This document shows, one piece after another, positions 12,637 through 22,281 of a DNA stretch of 64,000 nucleotides (positions are counted from its first letter, which is position 1; the number at the start of each line of letters is the position of its first letter). Source of the DNA: Candidatus Melainabacteria bacterium (GTDB lineage Bacteria; Cyanobacteriota; Vampirovibrionia; 2-02-FULL-35-15); assembly GCA_023250195.1 (NCBI GenBank), contig JAHFBF010000001.1:273907-337906 (forward strand), in the 5' to 3' direction. The notes under the pieces were generated by a model that saw only the letters and a program-made list of their open reading frames with translations, searched no databases and had not been told where the DNA came from. The position numbers and the translations under genes were made by a program.

Positions 12637-12669
12637 AGATCGGATTTGCTGGCAAAGCCAGACAAATCC
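12637..12669. repeat. Family-B element (partial: atcggatttgctggcaaagccagacaaatcc) 3' of tRNA-Val
   Basis: Similar to 30491-30576, 32641-32723, 35027-35082 (inverted) and 52634-52668 (inverted). Confidence 0.55.
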
Positions 12670-12784
12670 TTTAAGTACAATTACGTTATTGAAGGCTTTT
12701 CATATAAAGAAAATCCTTCACTTTAGATCTTGCTCAGTAAAAATAAGTCCTTTGTTGAGCTTTAAATATTAAAATAGATTTATC

Positions 12785-13315
12785 ATGAGCTATAAAATAA
12801 GACTTATTGAATCAAGAGACAACAAGCAAATTGAAGAAATTATTCTAAAAGTTTCAGAGGAATATGGCACTTATGATCCTAAATCAAAATCTGGCACTGG
12901 CGCAGGAGCTGGAGATCCAGAATTGAAAGATATTTACTCAGCCTATAATCTAAAAGGAAGCAAATATTGGGTAATAGAAGATGAGGCTTGCAAGATCGTT
13001 GGCGGCGGTGGTTACACCAGGCTAAAGGGGACTACTGAAGATGATAGAGTTTGTGAGATGCAAAAATTATTTATTCTCCCAGAAGCAAGAGGAAAAGATT
13101 TAGGCAAAAAACTTGTTGAATTGTTTTTAAGTGAAGCAGCAAGAGATGGATATAAGGAAATGTATCTTGAGACAGTAAAACAGATGAAAGAAGCAACAAA
13201 ACTCTATGAAAGATATGGTTTTAAACATTTAGCAGAATCTAAAGGAAGCACAGGTCATTTTCAATGTTCGGTTTTTATGACTAAAGAATTAAATGTCACA
13301 AGCAAGCTAAAATAG
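12785..13315 (+). CDS. GNAT family N-acetyltransferase
   Basis: Acetyl-CoA binding motif region ...QKLFILPEARGKDLGKKLVE... Confidence 0.6.
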   Translation: MSYKIRLIESRDNKQIEEIILKVSEEYGTYDPKSKSGTGAGAGDPELKDIYSAYNLKGSKYWVIEDEACKIVGGGGYTRLKGTTEDDRVCEMQKLFILPEARGKDLGKKLVELFLSEAARDGYKEMYLETVKQMKEATKLYERYGFKHLAESKGSTGHFQCSVFMTKELNVTSKLK

Positions 13316-13379
13316 GCAAAGTCACACAAATCCTATAGCTGCAAGGACAATTTACTTTTTCAGAATAATTACCAATTTT

Positions 13380-13658
13380 TTATTTAACTTCAATCTTATT
13401 TTGAATTTTGGGAGAATGAGTTATGCCTAACATTCCTGGCAAATCATCCTGAAGTTCAATTAAAGGTTGTTGAGCAAGCTGTTTAACGTAGTAAGTATCA
13501 CTTCGTCCTCTTAAAATTACAGATGTATCTCCATTTGTACCTTCTATTTGAACGTCAAGATCTTTAACTCTAGTACTTGTTCTTATATTAACTTGTCTTC
13601 TTAGGAATTCAGCTACTTCAACAACGTTTCCTACTGTAGGTTTAAAATCTATTTGCAT
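13380..13658 (-). CDS. hypothetical small protein (orphan, slightly GC-richer)
   Basis: 92-aa ORF. No antisense alternative in the ORF track. Its own transcription unit: a terminator separates it from the upstream gene. Confidence 0.35.
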   Translation of the reverse strand: MQIDFKPTVGNVVEVAEFLRRQVNIRTSTRVKDLDVQIEGTNGDTSVILRGRSDTYYVKQLAQQPLIELQDDLPGMLGITHSPKIQNKIEVK

Positions 13659-13765
13659 CTTTTAATCTCTCTATAAATATGCCCCATTGCAAGCCTTAAA
13701 TATAAAAGATAAGAACAAAATCTAAAGATTTCTTTATAAAGTTTTAATTATTAAATTATTGGAAC

Positions 13766-13799
13766 AAAAAAAAACGCAAGACTTTCATCCTGCGTTTTT
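13766..13799 (-). terminator. Rho-independent terminator of the 13822-14508 gene
   Basis: On the minus strand: acgcagg-AUGAAAGU-cuugcgu stem-loop (7 bp, one G-U) followed by U9. On the plus strand it also reads as a hairpin followed by T5. Confidence 0.6.
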
Positions 13800-13821
13800 G
13801 TAAGACACTATTATGTACTAT

Positions 13822-14508
13822 TTATTTGCGTTTGCGGCTTTGAAAATCATCATAGATTTTTTTTACTATATCGCCGGCTACATCTCTTCCGCCAAGACCA
13901 AATGCTAAAACACCGGTTGCAACAATACCCGTAAATAGTATCTCAACCAATGGTCGTGAAATTTGGAGTTGATTCATTGCAGCAAGAATTGCAAATGTAA
14001 AAATTGCAAATCTTGCAATTCCTGACAAATAACCAAGTTCATCTTTAAATGAAGTGGTAATCAGGTTTGCTACAAAGGTTGCAAGCAGTGATGCTACAAG
14101 CAGAATAGCTACAGCTACAAATACATTCGGCAGATAAAGTAAAACTTCATTAAAAAAGTCAGTTATCTGAGGCATATTTGCTACATCTGCTGCAGCAATA
14201 AAAACAATAATCAAAATAAACCATTTTACAAGTTCACCAAATAATTTGGATGTACTTATTTTTATACCAAGGTTTTCTGATACCGGATAAAGAACTGTCT
14301 TTTCAAGAGCAGTATCGATTTTTAATTTTTTAATCCCGCTGCCAACAATGCCGCCTAATAACATTGCAATTATTGAACCTACAATTAAAATTAAAATTGC
14401 CCCTATTATGTTTGGTAATGTCGACGATAATTTTTCCAATAGTGTTGTCAGCGCTGATTGCAGAGCTGATGTCCAATCAAGTATCATGTGCTTTGTTCCT
14501 TCCATCAT
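13822..14508 (-). CDS. membrane protein with repeated 'conserved TM helix' segments (MscS-associated type)
   Basis: Four or more hydrophobic helices with G/A-rich packing; resembles the N-terminal TM-helix repeat proteins of mechanosensitive channel families. Confidence 0.45.
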   Translation of the reverse strand: MMEGTKHMILDWTSALQSALTTLLEKLSSTLPNIIGAILILIVGSIIAMLLGGIVGSGIKKLKIDTALEKTVLYPVSENLGIKISTSKLFGELVKWFILIIVFIAAADVANMPQITDFFNEVLLYLPNVFVAVAILLVASLLATFVANLITTSFKDELGYLSGIARFAIFTFAILAAMNQLQISRPLVEILFTGIVATGVLAFGLGGRDVAGDIVKKIYDDFQSRKRK

Positions 14509-14722
14509 ATTTTTCTCCCCTGGTATCTAGTGAAGATAATAGAAATGACTTGTTCCTCAAATATTTATACAAAGGTCTAAATGTAATGATTTAAATCAAA
14601 ATTTAAGGATTATCTTAATTGTTCTGTCTGTTAAAAATTTTACTGTTGATATGAAGGATCTACTACATTAAATCTAAGAACCGGATTTTCACCATTCATA
14701 AGTGGCTTGCTAATTTAGGTAA

Positions 14723-15784
14723 TCATACCCCACTTATTAAAACTCTACCAAGACCAACTTGATCTCCAGGTTCAATTCCTCCTTGTGCATCAAGATCAAA
14801 TCTAGCTCCTCCTGTTGGTGGAACCCATCTAATTTCAATTTGACCACCTTGTCCTGCAAAAACAACCATATGACCATGTCCTGGAATTCCACTTTGATCT
14901 GTATAGAGAACTGACCCAGGTGGATATGTCCCTGGTGCTGCTTCACCTAAAACCCTAGTCCACAATAATCTATTAGTTTGTTCAAGGCAACGTGTAAGCC
15001 CTTCGCTTCCCTCTCCTGTAAACCTAGAACGACAGAGTGCCATAGATGTCTGAGTAGCTATAAGTCTTGGATCAAATGGGGTATCTTCACGGGTACTTGC
15101 CATAAGAATTTCATTAAATTTATCATTGAATTCCTGTTCATTAATATAGTGACTACCAGTGGATTCTTGATATTCCTGCCTTGCCTGCATATAAAGTGCA
15201 GTATATTCCTGTGTAGAGATAAATAGTATTCCCTGTGGATCATTAGTCCATGCCCTGTGAAAATTTTGTCTTAAGTTTCTTTGCCAACCTTCTGGCCAAC
15301 GAGTCAACTTATTGTCATCTGCGTTTAACGATATACCACCCAAGTGTTGAATTATATTTTGCCTTCCAGTAGCACCAACATTAAACGTTGTATTCCTATT
15401 AGTTGAATACCAGTTAATTTGAGCATTAATTACAGGATCTGCTCGAAGAGGATGGTTAGTAGCCATTTGAGTTGCAAGATTCCTAAAAAATCGCGCTCGT
15501 TGCGCTTCGTCAGGAATTAACTCATTAATATTTAAAAGTATTTGTCTTTGAGCTTCAAGAAGTTGATCTCTATTTGGAGTACTATTATCAATTCTTGCAG
15601 TAACGATATTTAATAAAGCAGAAATCTCTGCATTAGTATCAATCGCACCACTATTATCTCCACCCTGAAATGAATCTACACTAGAAATTGCTTGAGCTAC
15701 ATTTCCACCTCTAAGTGCTGCACCTACTTGAGTTAATAAAGTGATTTGCTGTGGTGATAACCTTGGGCCAACTGGCGGTGGCAT
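14723..15784 (-). CDS. hypothetical protein; C-terminal region has a Cys...His arrangement suggestive of a papain-like (NlpC/P60/CHAP-like) fold
   Basis: 353-aa uninterrupted ORF in an AT-rich genome; G/A/Q/R-rich composition; ...LTRCLEQTNRLLW...(about 40 aa)...GIPGHGHMVVFAGQ. Confidence 0.45.
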   Translation of the reverse strand: MPPPVGPRLSPQQITLLTQVGAALRGGNVAQAISSVDSFQGGDNSGAIDTNAEISALLNIVTARIDNSTPNRDQLLEAQRQILLNINELIPDEAQRARFFRNLATQMATNHPLRADPVINAQINWYSTNRNTTFNVGATGRQNIIQHLGGISLNADDNKLTRWPEGWQRNLRQNFHRAWTNDPQGILFISTQEYTALYMQARQEYQESTGSHYINEQEFNDKFNEILMASTREDTPFDPRLIATQTSMALCRSRFTGEGSEGLTRCLEQTNRLLWTRVLGEAAPGTYPPGSVLYTDQSGIPGHGHMVVFAGQGGQIEIRWVPPTGGARFDLDAQGGIEPGDQVGLGRVLISGV

Positions 15785-16061
15785 ATTATTCGATTTGATT
15801 TTACTAAAATTCTAAGACCAAATCCCCCCATTTATAAGCTCTCTTATTGAATCATTTTAAAAAGATTCTTATTACCTCTGTACCTACTTAAATCGACCAA
15901 TAAACAGATTTCCCGGCTTTATCAATCACTTGAATGAGATCCAAAAAGGGCTAGCTCTACACTCTACACAAAATTTTGAATTAACTATTCTAAGTAAAAG
16001 TTTATTTCTGGGACAAATGACCTTCTTATTAAAACCTCCTGTAAACCTCTTAACAAGCGGT

Positions 16062-16475
16062 TTACTCTTGACATATATGAGCCATAATTTTCTTAAAATC
16101 ATTAATGTTATTTGGCTTCCTAATATAGAAGTCTGCACCATTCTGATAACAGTAATTCATGTCAGAGGATGAATCGGAACTTGTAAAAACCACTGTAGGA
16201 ACTGCTTTAATAGACTTATTTGATTTTATCTTTTTCAGGACTTCAAGTCCGGTAACCTTTGGCAGATTAATATCAAGCAAAATCAAATTCGGCAGTTTCT
16301 CTTTTTCATTCACAAGTTTCATTAAATAGCTGACACCTTCTTCTCCGTTATTAACTACAGAAATGTTACTTTTAATGTTTGCTTTTTTAATTGCAAGCTC
16401 AATTAAAAAGACATCATCAGAATTATCCTCGATAAGTAGTATGTCATAAGTTTTATTATCTATATTTTTTAGCAT
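16062..16475 (-). CDS. single-domain response regulator (CheY-like receiver)
   Basis: LLIEDNSDD ... LILLDINLP ... K-containing receiver motifs; 137 aa. Confidence 0.8.
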   Translation of the reverse strand: MLKNIDNKTYDILLIEDNSDDVFLIELAIKKANIKSNISVVNNGEEGVSYLMKLVNEKEKLPNLILLDINLPKVTGLEVLKKIKSNKSIKAVPTVVFTSSDSSSDMNYCYQNGADFYIRKPNNINDFKKIMAHICQE

Positions 16476-16482
16476 TAGTTTT

Positions 16483-16515
16483 AGAGATGAGAGATCAGAG
16501 GTCAGAGATCAGATT
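16483..16515. repeat. Left inverted repeat (GAGATCAGAG tandem) flanking the four-helix-bundle gene
   Basis: agagatgagagatcagaggtcagagatcagatt. The reverse complement of 16921-16949 is gttcagagatcagagatgggagatcagag. Confidence 0.65.
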
Positions 16516-16920
16516 TTTAGATTTCATTAATTTTTCTGTTGAATTAATAAATCCATTAAGAATTCTTCTTGTTTCATCAATTTGAGTTTTCACATTGTCA
16601 AACACTTCTAAACTTAGATATCCTATGTCCATCGCAAGTAAACAAAAATTCTCAACTTCATATAAAGAACCTCTAGAAATGTATAAGAATCTGATTCTTT
16701 CTTTATAAGAATATCTTCCCATTCCTTCTGCAATATTTGCAGTAATAGACATAACTGCTCTTCTTATTTGACTAACCAAACCAAATAATTCATCTTTTGG
16801 AAAATCCTTTGTCAATTTATAAATTTCCAATGATAATTTGTGTCCATGTTTCCAAGCATCTATATCTGTAAAATATTCTATCTTCTTACTTGTTCTGGTT
16901 TCCAAAATTTCATTTCTCAT
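16495..16920 (-). CDS. four-helix-bundle protein (23S rRNA intervening-sequence protein family, TIGR02436-like)
   Basis: 141 aa, predicted all-helical, with the family-typical ...[42 protein letters not shown]... core. Confidence 0.7.
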   Translation of the reverse strand: MRNEILETRTSKKIEYFTDIDAWKHGHKLSLEIYKLTKDFPKDELFGLVSQIRRAVMSITANIAEGMGRYSYKERIRFLYISRGSLYEVENFCLLAMDIGYLSLEVFDNVKTQIDETRRILNGFINSTEKLMKSKNLISDL

Positions 16921-18278
16921 CTCTGATCTCCCATCTCTGATCTCTGAACTAAAGTAAAGAAAAATTTGCTTCCTTTATTTGATTCTGACTGAAGCCATAT
17001 CTCACAATTATATTTTTCAAGTATTTTTTTTACAATTGCAAGCCCTGCACCTGTTCCTTCATATTCTTCCTGAGTGTGTAACCTTTGAAACAAATCAAAG
17101 ATTTTATCGTGATATTCCCTATCAATCCCAATTCCATTATCTTCAATACAAATGCAAACTTTATCAGAAGGAATTAAGCGGTCACCCACCATACTGATTT
17201 GAACGAGTGGTTTATTTGATTTATTAAACTTTATTCCATTGGAAATCAAATTCTTAAATATTGATTTTATCTTTTCTTTATTACCAATTACTGAAGGTAA
17301 TTTATTCAGCGCGATTACATCTGCATTTCTTTTTTGAATATAAGCAGTCAATTCAAAATTTACTTCCGTTAACAGCATGTTTAAATTCACGATTTCATGT
17401 TCTTTATCTTTCACCCCTCTTGTAGCTCTTGCAAGATTAGTTAAATCCTCTATCAGATTTCTCATCCTCTGAGTAGCTTTTACTATCCGAGAAAGACAAT
17501 CGCCTTGTTTTGGATTTAACTTTGATGTCCCCGGATCATCCTGAATCACACTTACAAAGCTTTCAATAGTTCTTAAAGGCTCTCGCAAATCGTGAGATGC
17601 AATATAAACAAATAAATCCAGTTCTTGATTTACCTGCTTTAAAATATCATTTGCCTGAGCAAGTTCTTTTTCAGACTTTTTTGCAGCTTCTAAAAGATAG
17701 TTTTTTTCAATTGTATTTGTAATTATATTTGCAGTAGTTCTCATGAATGAGAGTTCTTCATCATCAAAAGCATGAGGAGCCACATAATATTTTGTAATTG
17801 TACCTACAGCTTTGTCATTAACTATTATTGGAACAGCTGCAACAGAAACCACCTTCTTTGGTTTTATCGTATCCATGAAATACTTGGAAAAACTCATGTT
17901 CATTTGATCCATATTCTTAATAAGGACAATTTGTTTTTTTAGTATTGCCCGTGCTGAAGGCCAATTATCACGAATATCTCTCGAATAAAGATTTAAAATC
18001 TTTTCTTTATTTCTTATTTCTTTATACTCCTCCGGAAGACCATATGTTGCTTCTACGCATAACTGGTTATCAGGATCCTTTACAAGAAACACCAACCCAT
18101 AATCAGCATCAGTAAGCTCACAAAAAGGCTGAAGAACTTTATGCGCTGCAAGTGCCAGATCAGAAGTAAACAAATCTGAGCAGGTATTTGAAATCTCTTC
18201 TATTGCTTTTAGTCTTTTAAGAGTTTTTTCTAAATTTGTTTGCTTTAATTCAAATTTTTGCTTTGTGACTAATTGCAT
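16917..18278 (-). CDS. sensor histidine kinase (GAF-like sensor, HisKA, HATPase_c)
   Basis: H-box SHDLREPL; N, G1 and G2 boxes ([20 protein letters not shown]). Confidence 0.8.
   Translation of the reverse strand: MQLVTKQKFELKQTNLEKTLKRLKAIEEISNTCSDLFTSDLALAAHKVLQPFCELTDADYGLVFLVKDPDNQLCVEATYGLPEEYKEIRNKEKILNLYSRDIRDNWPSARAILKKQIVLIKNMDQMNMSFSKYFMDTIKPKKVVSVAAVPIIVNDKAVGTITKYYVAPHAFDDEELSFMRTTANIITNTIEKNYLLEAAKKSEKELAQANDILKQVNQELDLFVYIASHDLREPLRTIESFVSVIQDDPGTSKLNPKQGDCLSRIVKATQRMRNLIEDLTNLARATRGVKDKEHEIVNLNMLLTEVNFELTAYIQKRNADVIALNKLPSVIGNKEKIKSIFKNLISNGIKFNKSNKPLVQISMVGDRLIPSDKVCICIEDNGIGIDREYHDKIFDLFQRLHTQEEYEGTGAGLAIVKKILEKYNCEIWLQSESNKGSKFFFTLVQRSEMGDQR
16921..16949. repeat. Right inverted repeat (CTCTGATCTC tandem) flanking the four-helix-bundle gene; also encodes the HK C-terminus
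   Basis: ctctgatctcccatctctgatctctgaac. Confidence 0.65.
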
Positions 18279-18315
18279 TTTTTCTTTTTATAATGCTTCA
18301 GACAAATTGAAGCTT

Positions 18316-18348
18316 CCATCGGGTAAACCGAACAAATCCTTCAAGGAT
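18316..18348. repeat. Family-B-like fragment (atcgggtaaaccgaacaaatcc)
   Basis: Partial match to the 3' half of family B. Confidence 0.35.
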
Positions 18349-18362
18349 AAAAACGTAAGAAC

Positions 18363-18444
18363 TTTTACTGCACAGTGTAAGAATCAGCATAAAGCGTTCC
18401 AGCCTTCTTTGGGTTAAACAGATTTAACCGATTTACAGTAAAAG
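18363..18444. promoter_or_regulatory. 9-bp inverted repeats (cttttactg ... cagtaaaag) bracketing about 65 bp in the divergent HK/HK intergenic region
   Basis: Seen directly; lies between divergently transcribed sensor-kinase genes. Confidence 0.3.
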
Positions 18445-18648
18445 TATTAGAAGTTTATGAATCTCATTACAATTTTTTAAATCCCATACTTTACCGGGTT
18501 GCAGTTAACTATTGAAAATTCTATACTCAAGGTACGAGTACAATTTATTAACCTTTCCTGAGATTATTTTGAATTGATATTATCTTGCGATTCAAAATCT
18601 TCAAAAGGCCCAAAAAGGACATTTCAGGCCTACTAACAGAGCTTCATT

Positions 18649-19842
18649 ATGAATATAAAAAAAGGCAGTCAGTCTAAGAAGAAAAAGACAAAACTGCTTA
18701 TTGTAGATGACAACAGCAATAACAGAGCAGCAATAAGTTATTGGCTTGGAGAAGAAAATTATGAAATACTTCATGCATCAAACGGTATAAGTGCATTAAA
18801 AATTTGTGCAACTTTCATTCCAGACATTATATTGCTTGATTACAATCTCCCCGATTTAGATGGTATAGAAGTATGTCAGAAAATCAGAACAAATAAAACT
18901 CTTCCTTTTATACCAATCATTATGATGAGTTCATATGCACCTGAAGCAAATGTCATTGCTCTGGAACAGGGAGCAGATGAGTTTATAGAAATGCCTATTC
19001 AATCAACAGAATTAAAGTCACGTATTAAAGCAATGCTTCGATTAAAAGAAGCTATTTCTGAATCTTCAGAACTCAGCAAAGAAAATAAAAAACTTCAGGA
19101 ACTCGACATAATCAAGTCAAATTTCATATCAAAAGTTTCACATGAATTAAAGACTCCGCTTCAGGCAATATTAGGCTATGCCGACATACTTTTAGGAGGA
19201 CTACAGGGAGAATTAAACTATCCTCAGAAATTAATGACAAAACAAATTCAAAATGCAGGAGAACAATTGCTTAATTTAATTACTCAATTATTGGATTTCG
19301 ATAATACAGAGAAGAATGGAGATACTACTTCATTTGAAATATTAAATGTAGAGGAAATATTCAACTATCTATCTCAGGTAACTACTCCACTTGCAATGAA
19401 AAAAAATATTAATATGAACTTTGTGCTGGAAGATAAAAACATACAGCTTGAATCAGATAAAAACATGGTCCAAAAAATATTGTTGAATATAATTTCCAAC
19501 TCAATTAAATTCTCAAACGAAAATACAAAAGTTTTAATTTCTGTAAAAGATCATCAGGATTTATTTATAGAATTTAAGATTCAGGACGAAGGGATCGGGA
19601 TTTCAAAGTCAAACATTTCATACATATTTGACAGCTTCTGGCAGGTAGATGACTCTATTACAAGATCTTATGGTGGTCTTGGCATTGGACTTGCACTGGC
19701 AAAAAAACTGGTGATTTTACTCGGAGGGCAAATACTTGTTGAAAGCAAGCCTAATAAAGGTTCAACGTTTAGAGTTTTAATTCCAAAAGAATTTAAAGCC
19801 TCAACTTCAATTTCTTTACTATCATTACAAAATGCTATTTAG
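18649..19842 (+). CDS. hybrid response regulator / histidine kinase (REC-HisKA-HATPase)
   Basis: Receiver with ILLDYNLPDLDG, H-box SHELKTPL, G-boxes. Confidence 0.8.
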   Translation: MNIKKGSQSKKKKTKLLIVDDNSNNRAAISYWLGEENYEILHASNGISALKICATFIPDIILLDYNLPDLDGIEVCQKIRTNKTLPFIPIIMMSSYAPEANVIALEQGADEFIEMPIQSTELKSRIKAMLRLKEAISESSELSKENKKLQELDIIKSNFISKVSHELKTPLQAILGYADILLGGLQGELNYPQKLMTKQIQNAGEQLLNLITQLLDFDNTEKNGDTTSFEILNVEEIFNYLSQVTTPLAMKKNINMNFVLEDKNIQLESDKNMVQKILLNIISNSIKFSNENTKVLISVKDHQDLFIEFKIQDEGIGISKSNISYIFDSFWQVDDSITRSYGGLGIGLALAKKLVILLGGQILVESKPNKGSTFRVLIPKEFKASTSISLLSLQNAI

Positions 19843-19849
19843 CAATTCA

Positions 19850-19936
19850 CGTCATTGCGAGCTGAATGAAATGAGGCATAGCAATCTCCTGACGTTTTGG
19901 AGATTCCCACGTCGCTTCGCTCCTCGGAATGACGTG
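19850..19936. repeat. Family-A RPE-like palindromic element, copy A1 (convergent intergenic)
   Basis: cgtcattgcgagctgaatgaaatgagg...cgctcctcggaatgacgtg. Confidence 0.7.
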
Positions 19937-20008
19937 ATATATTGGTTTATTTTTCACGTTTGGTCTGAGATCCTTCATCACTACCGTTCCTCAGGATGAC
20001 ACTTCGTG

Positions 20009-20266
20009 TCATTTCCTGGTCATATTCCAGTCAATTGGGATATAGTTTCTTTTTGAACATTTGGGGCAGACATAAATAGGATCATTGTGACCTGCAATTA
20101 AAGGTCTTATAAAAGGATTTTTACAGCTTCCGCAAACCACTGAAATATCTCTCTTTGAGATAAACTCAAACTGCCCTGGCAATATAGCACTTCTTCTCTT
20201 TGCTATTTCTTCCCATTTCCTTATATCTTCTTCAGTTGGTTGCATTTTTAATATAACGCGAAACAA
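20009..20266 (-). CDS. small zinc-ribbon protein (two CxxC pairs)
   Basis: CGSC...CPKC; 85 aa. Confidence 0.35.
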   Translation of the reverse strand: MFRVILKMQPTEEDIRKWEEIAKRRSAILPGQFEFISKRDISVVCGSCKNPFIRPLIAGHNDPIYVCPKCSKRNYIPIDWNMTRK

Positions 20267-20272
20267 CTGCTG

Positions 20273-20341
20273 ACGCAGATTGTTTCGCTATTTCTCGGCA
20301 GCTCCCTTTCGACGTTCAGGTTTGCACTGACAGCAAACCTT
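20273..20341. promoter_or_regulatory. two consecutive stem-loops (acgcgaaacaa...ttgtttcgct; ggtttgc-actgaca-gcaaacc) in a divergent intergenic region
   Basis: A locally GC-rich island in the AT-rich spacer between the zinc-ribbon gene and the TldD/PmbA gene. Confidence 0.35.
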
Positions 20342-20376
20342 CTCTTATATAATAACTTACTACGTTAAATATTTAA

Positions 20377-21657
20377 ATGAACTTAAAAACACTACAAAAA
20401 AAATATAATTTATCTGATCTAGAATTATTTAGTCAGAATACCTCTAGTCATAAAATCTCTTTTACAGCAAATAAATTAAAACAAACAGAATCTACTTATA
20501 CTTCAGGAAATGCATTAAGACTTATAAAAAACAAAAAATTTGGATTTTCAGCAAATTATGGGAGATGTAATCTGGAAGAAATGCTTAATCAGGCACTTGA
20601 GGCTTCCAGCTTTTCCAAAGAAATTAATTTTGAACTACCGGATAAAATTCATAAATTTGAAGAAATTAAAACCAATAAAGAATCTTTATCTTCATATATA
20701 GAAAAGGGGAAAGAAATTATAGAAGAGATTTTATCTCAGGCTCCAAATGTACTTACAGATATCTCTTTCGAAATAAATGATATTAAAGAAAAGATTGAAA
20801 ATAGTAAGGATTTAAATTATTCTTACTCAAAAGAACTATATTCATTCTCAATTAACATTAAAGAAACTCTCGAAAATGATTTTTTTGATATTTATACTGC
20901 TTTCGTAGATGGTAGATTCCCTGACTGCAGAACTTACGCCAATGAACTTATTCAATACTATGAATTATCAAAAAAACATTCAAGAATAAAAAATGGTTCA
21001 TTTCCTGTTTTATTTACAAGCAAAGCAGCAAAAGAATTACTTGAAATAATAGAACTTGCATTAAACGGTAAACAGATAAACCAGAAATCCTCACCCTGGC
21101 ATAATATGCTTGGCAAAAAGATTTTAAGTGAACTAATTACAATCAGACAGGATCCTGCTTTTGGTTATATGGCAAGGTCAATAGACGATGAAGGAAGCCA
21201 AATAAAACCTTTGGTACTTATAAATAATGGTATATTAGAAAATTTTTATTTTGACTTATCCACCGGTAGAGACGCTATTAATCGCACCTCTACCGGGAAT
21301 GGTTTCAAATCATCCCTGACTTCTCAACCTGAGCCAGCACTGTTAAATATGATAATTTCAGCAGGCTCATCTTCCATAAATAAAATAATAAAAGACATTA
21401 ATTACGGTTTGTTGATTGATCAGACAATGGGCGGATTAACCACAAATATTTCAGGAGATTTGTCTGTTAATGTAGACATTGGATTTTTAATTGAAAAAGG
21501 AGAAATCACAGGCAGGGTAAAAGACACAATGGTTACAGGAAATATTTATTCTGCTTTAAACAATGTAGTTGAATTGTCAAATAATTTAAAACAACACTGG
21601 TCAAATGTTTATAATCCAGATATGTTGATTGATGGACTTACAATTACATCAAAGTAG
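20377..21657 (+). CDS. TldD/PmbA family metalloprotease-like protein
   Basis: C-terminal ...STGNGF...GLLIDQTMGG...GDLSVNVDIGFLIEKGEITGRVKDTMVTGNIYSALNNV matches the TldD/PmbA fold pattern. Confidence 0.7.
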   Translation: MNLKTLQKKYNLSDLELFSQNTSSHKISFTANKLKQTESTYTSGNALRLIKNKKFGFSANYGRCNLEEMLNQALEASSFSKEINFELPDKIHKFEEIKTNKESLSSYIEKGKEIIEEILSQAPNVLTDISFEINDIKEKIENSKDLNYSYSKELYSFSINIKETLENDFFDIYTAFVDGRFPDCRTYANELIQYYELSKKHSRIKNGSFPVLFTSKAAKELLEIIELALNGKQINQKSSPWHNMLGKKILSELITIRQDPAFGYMARSIDDEGSQIKPLVLINNGILENFYFDLSTGRDAINRTSTGNGFKSSLTSQPEPALLNMIISAGSSSINKIIKDINYGLLIDQTMGGLTTNISGDLSVNVDIGFLIEKGEITGRVKDTMVTGNIYSALNNVVELSNNLKQHWSNVYNPDMLIDGLTITSK

Positions 21658-21666
21658 AGGTTATTG

Positions 21667-22281
21667 CTATAAATTTAAATTTTTTTCAATAAGCCAGTTT
21701 CTTGCATTAATTGTAAAAGGATGAATCACTTTGTCTTTTTTAATTACCTCCAATATCTTTTGATCAATGGCATGTAACACGGCTTTTTCCAGTCCTTCTT
21801 TTTTAAAGATTTTTAGTACTGATTGAATACGCTTTTTATCCCTACCCGGTTCTGTAGAATCAGCAAGAAAAAGTAACATGACCAGTTTGCTCATTTTTGG
21901 CTCCCCTAAAGTATGACAGCGTATTCCACCTAAAACATCAGGATCTCTTACATTAAACTTTTCCTTTGCAATCACTGCCCCGACTCTTGCATGCAAAACA
22001 TGAGGATTCATAAAATCCACTTCATCCATTTTTATTTTTTTCCTTTTTGCAAATCGTAAAAGCTGAGCATTGGTCATTTCCTTGGCACAGTCATGAAGCC
22101 ATCCTGCAAGCTCTGCTTTGTAAAAATCTAATTTAAGTTTCTTCGCATATTTCTTTGCAGTTCTTGCAACTCTTAAAATATGGTTAAAACGTTTCTGGCT
22201 TACATTTTCCTTAAGCCAGGAAATAATTTCCGGCTTCAGTATTTCAAGTTGTTTTTTTGTTTTTTGATTTTTGTTAGCCAA
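21667..22281 (-). CDS. HD-domain phosphohydrolase (YqeK-like)
   Basis: H...HD...D metal-ligand spacing (HILRVARTAKKYAKKL...WLHDCAKE); 204 aa. Confidence 0.55.
   Translation of the reverse strand: MANKNQKTKKQLEILKPEIISWLKENVSQKRFNHILRVARTAKKYAKKLKLDFYKAELAGWLHDCAKEMTNAQLLRFAKRKKIKMDEVDFMNPHVLHARVGAVIAKEKFNVRDPDVLGGIRCHTLGEPKMSKLVMLLFLADSTEPGRDKKRIQSVLKIFKKEGLEKAVLHAIDQKILEVIKKDKVIHPFTINARNWLIEKNLNL

Noticed and set aside
13380-15784. Idea that ORFs 14723-15784, 13822-14508 and 13380-13658 form one operon or system.
   Set aside because: A clear Rho-independent terminator (13766-13799) follows the membrane-protein gene, and a ~200-bp spacer precedes it. The co-orientation alone is weak evidence.
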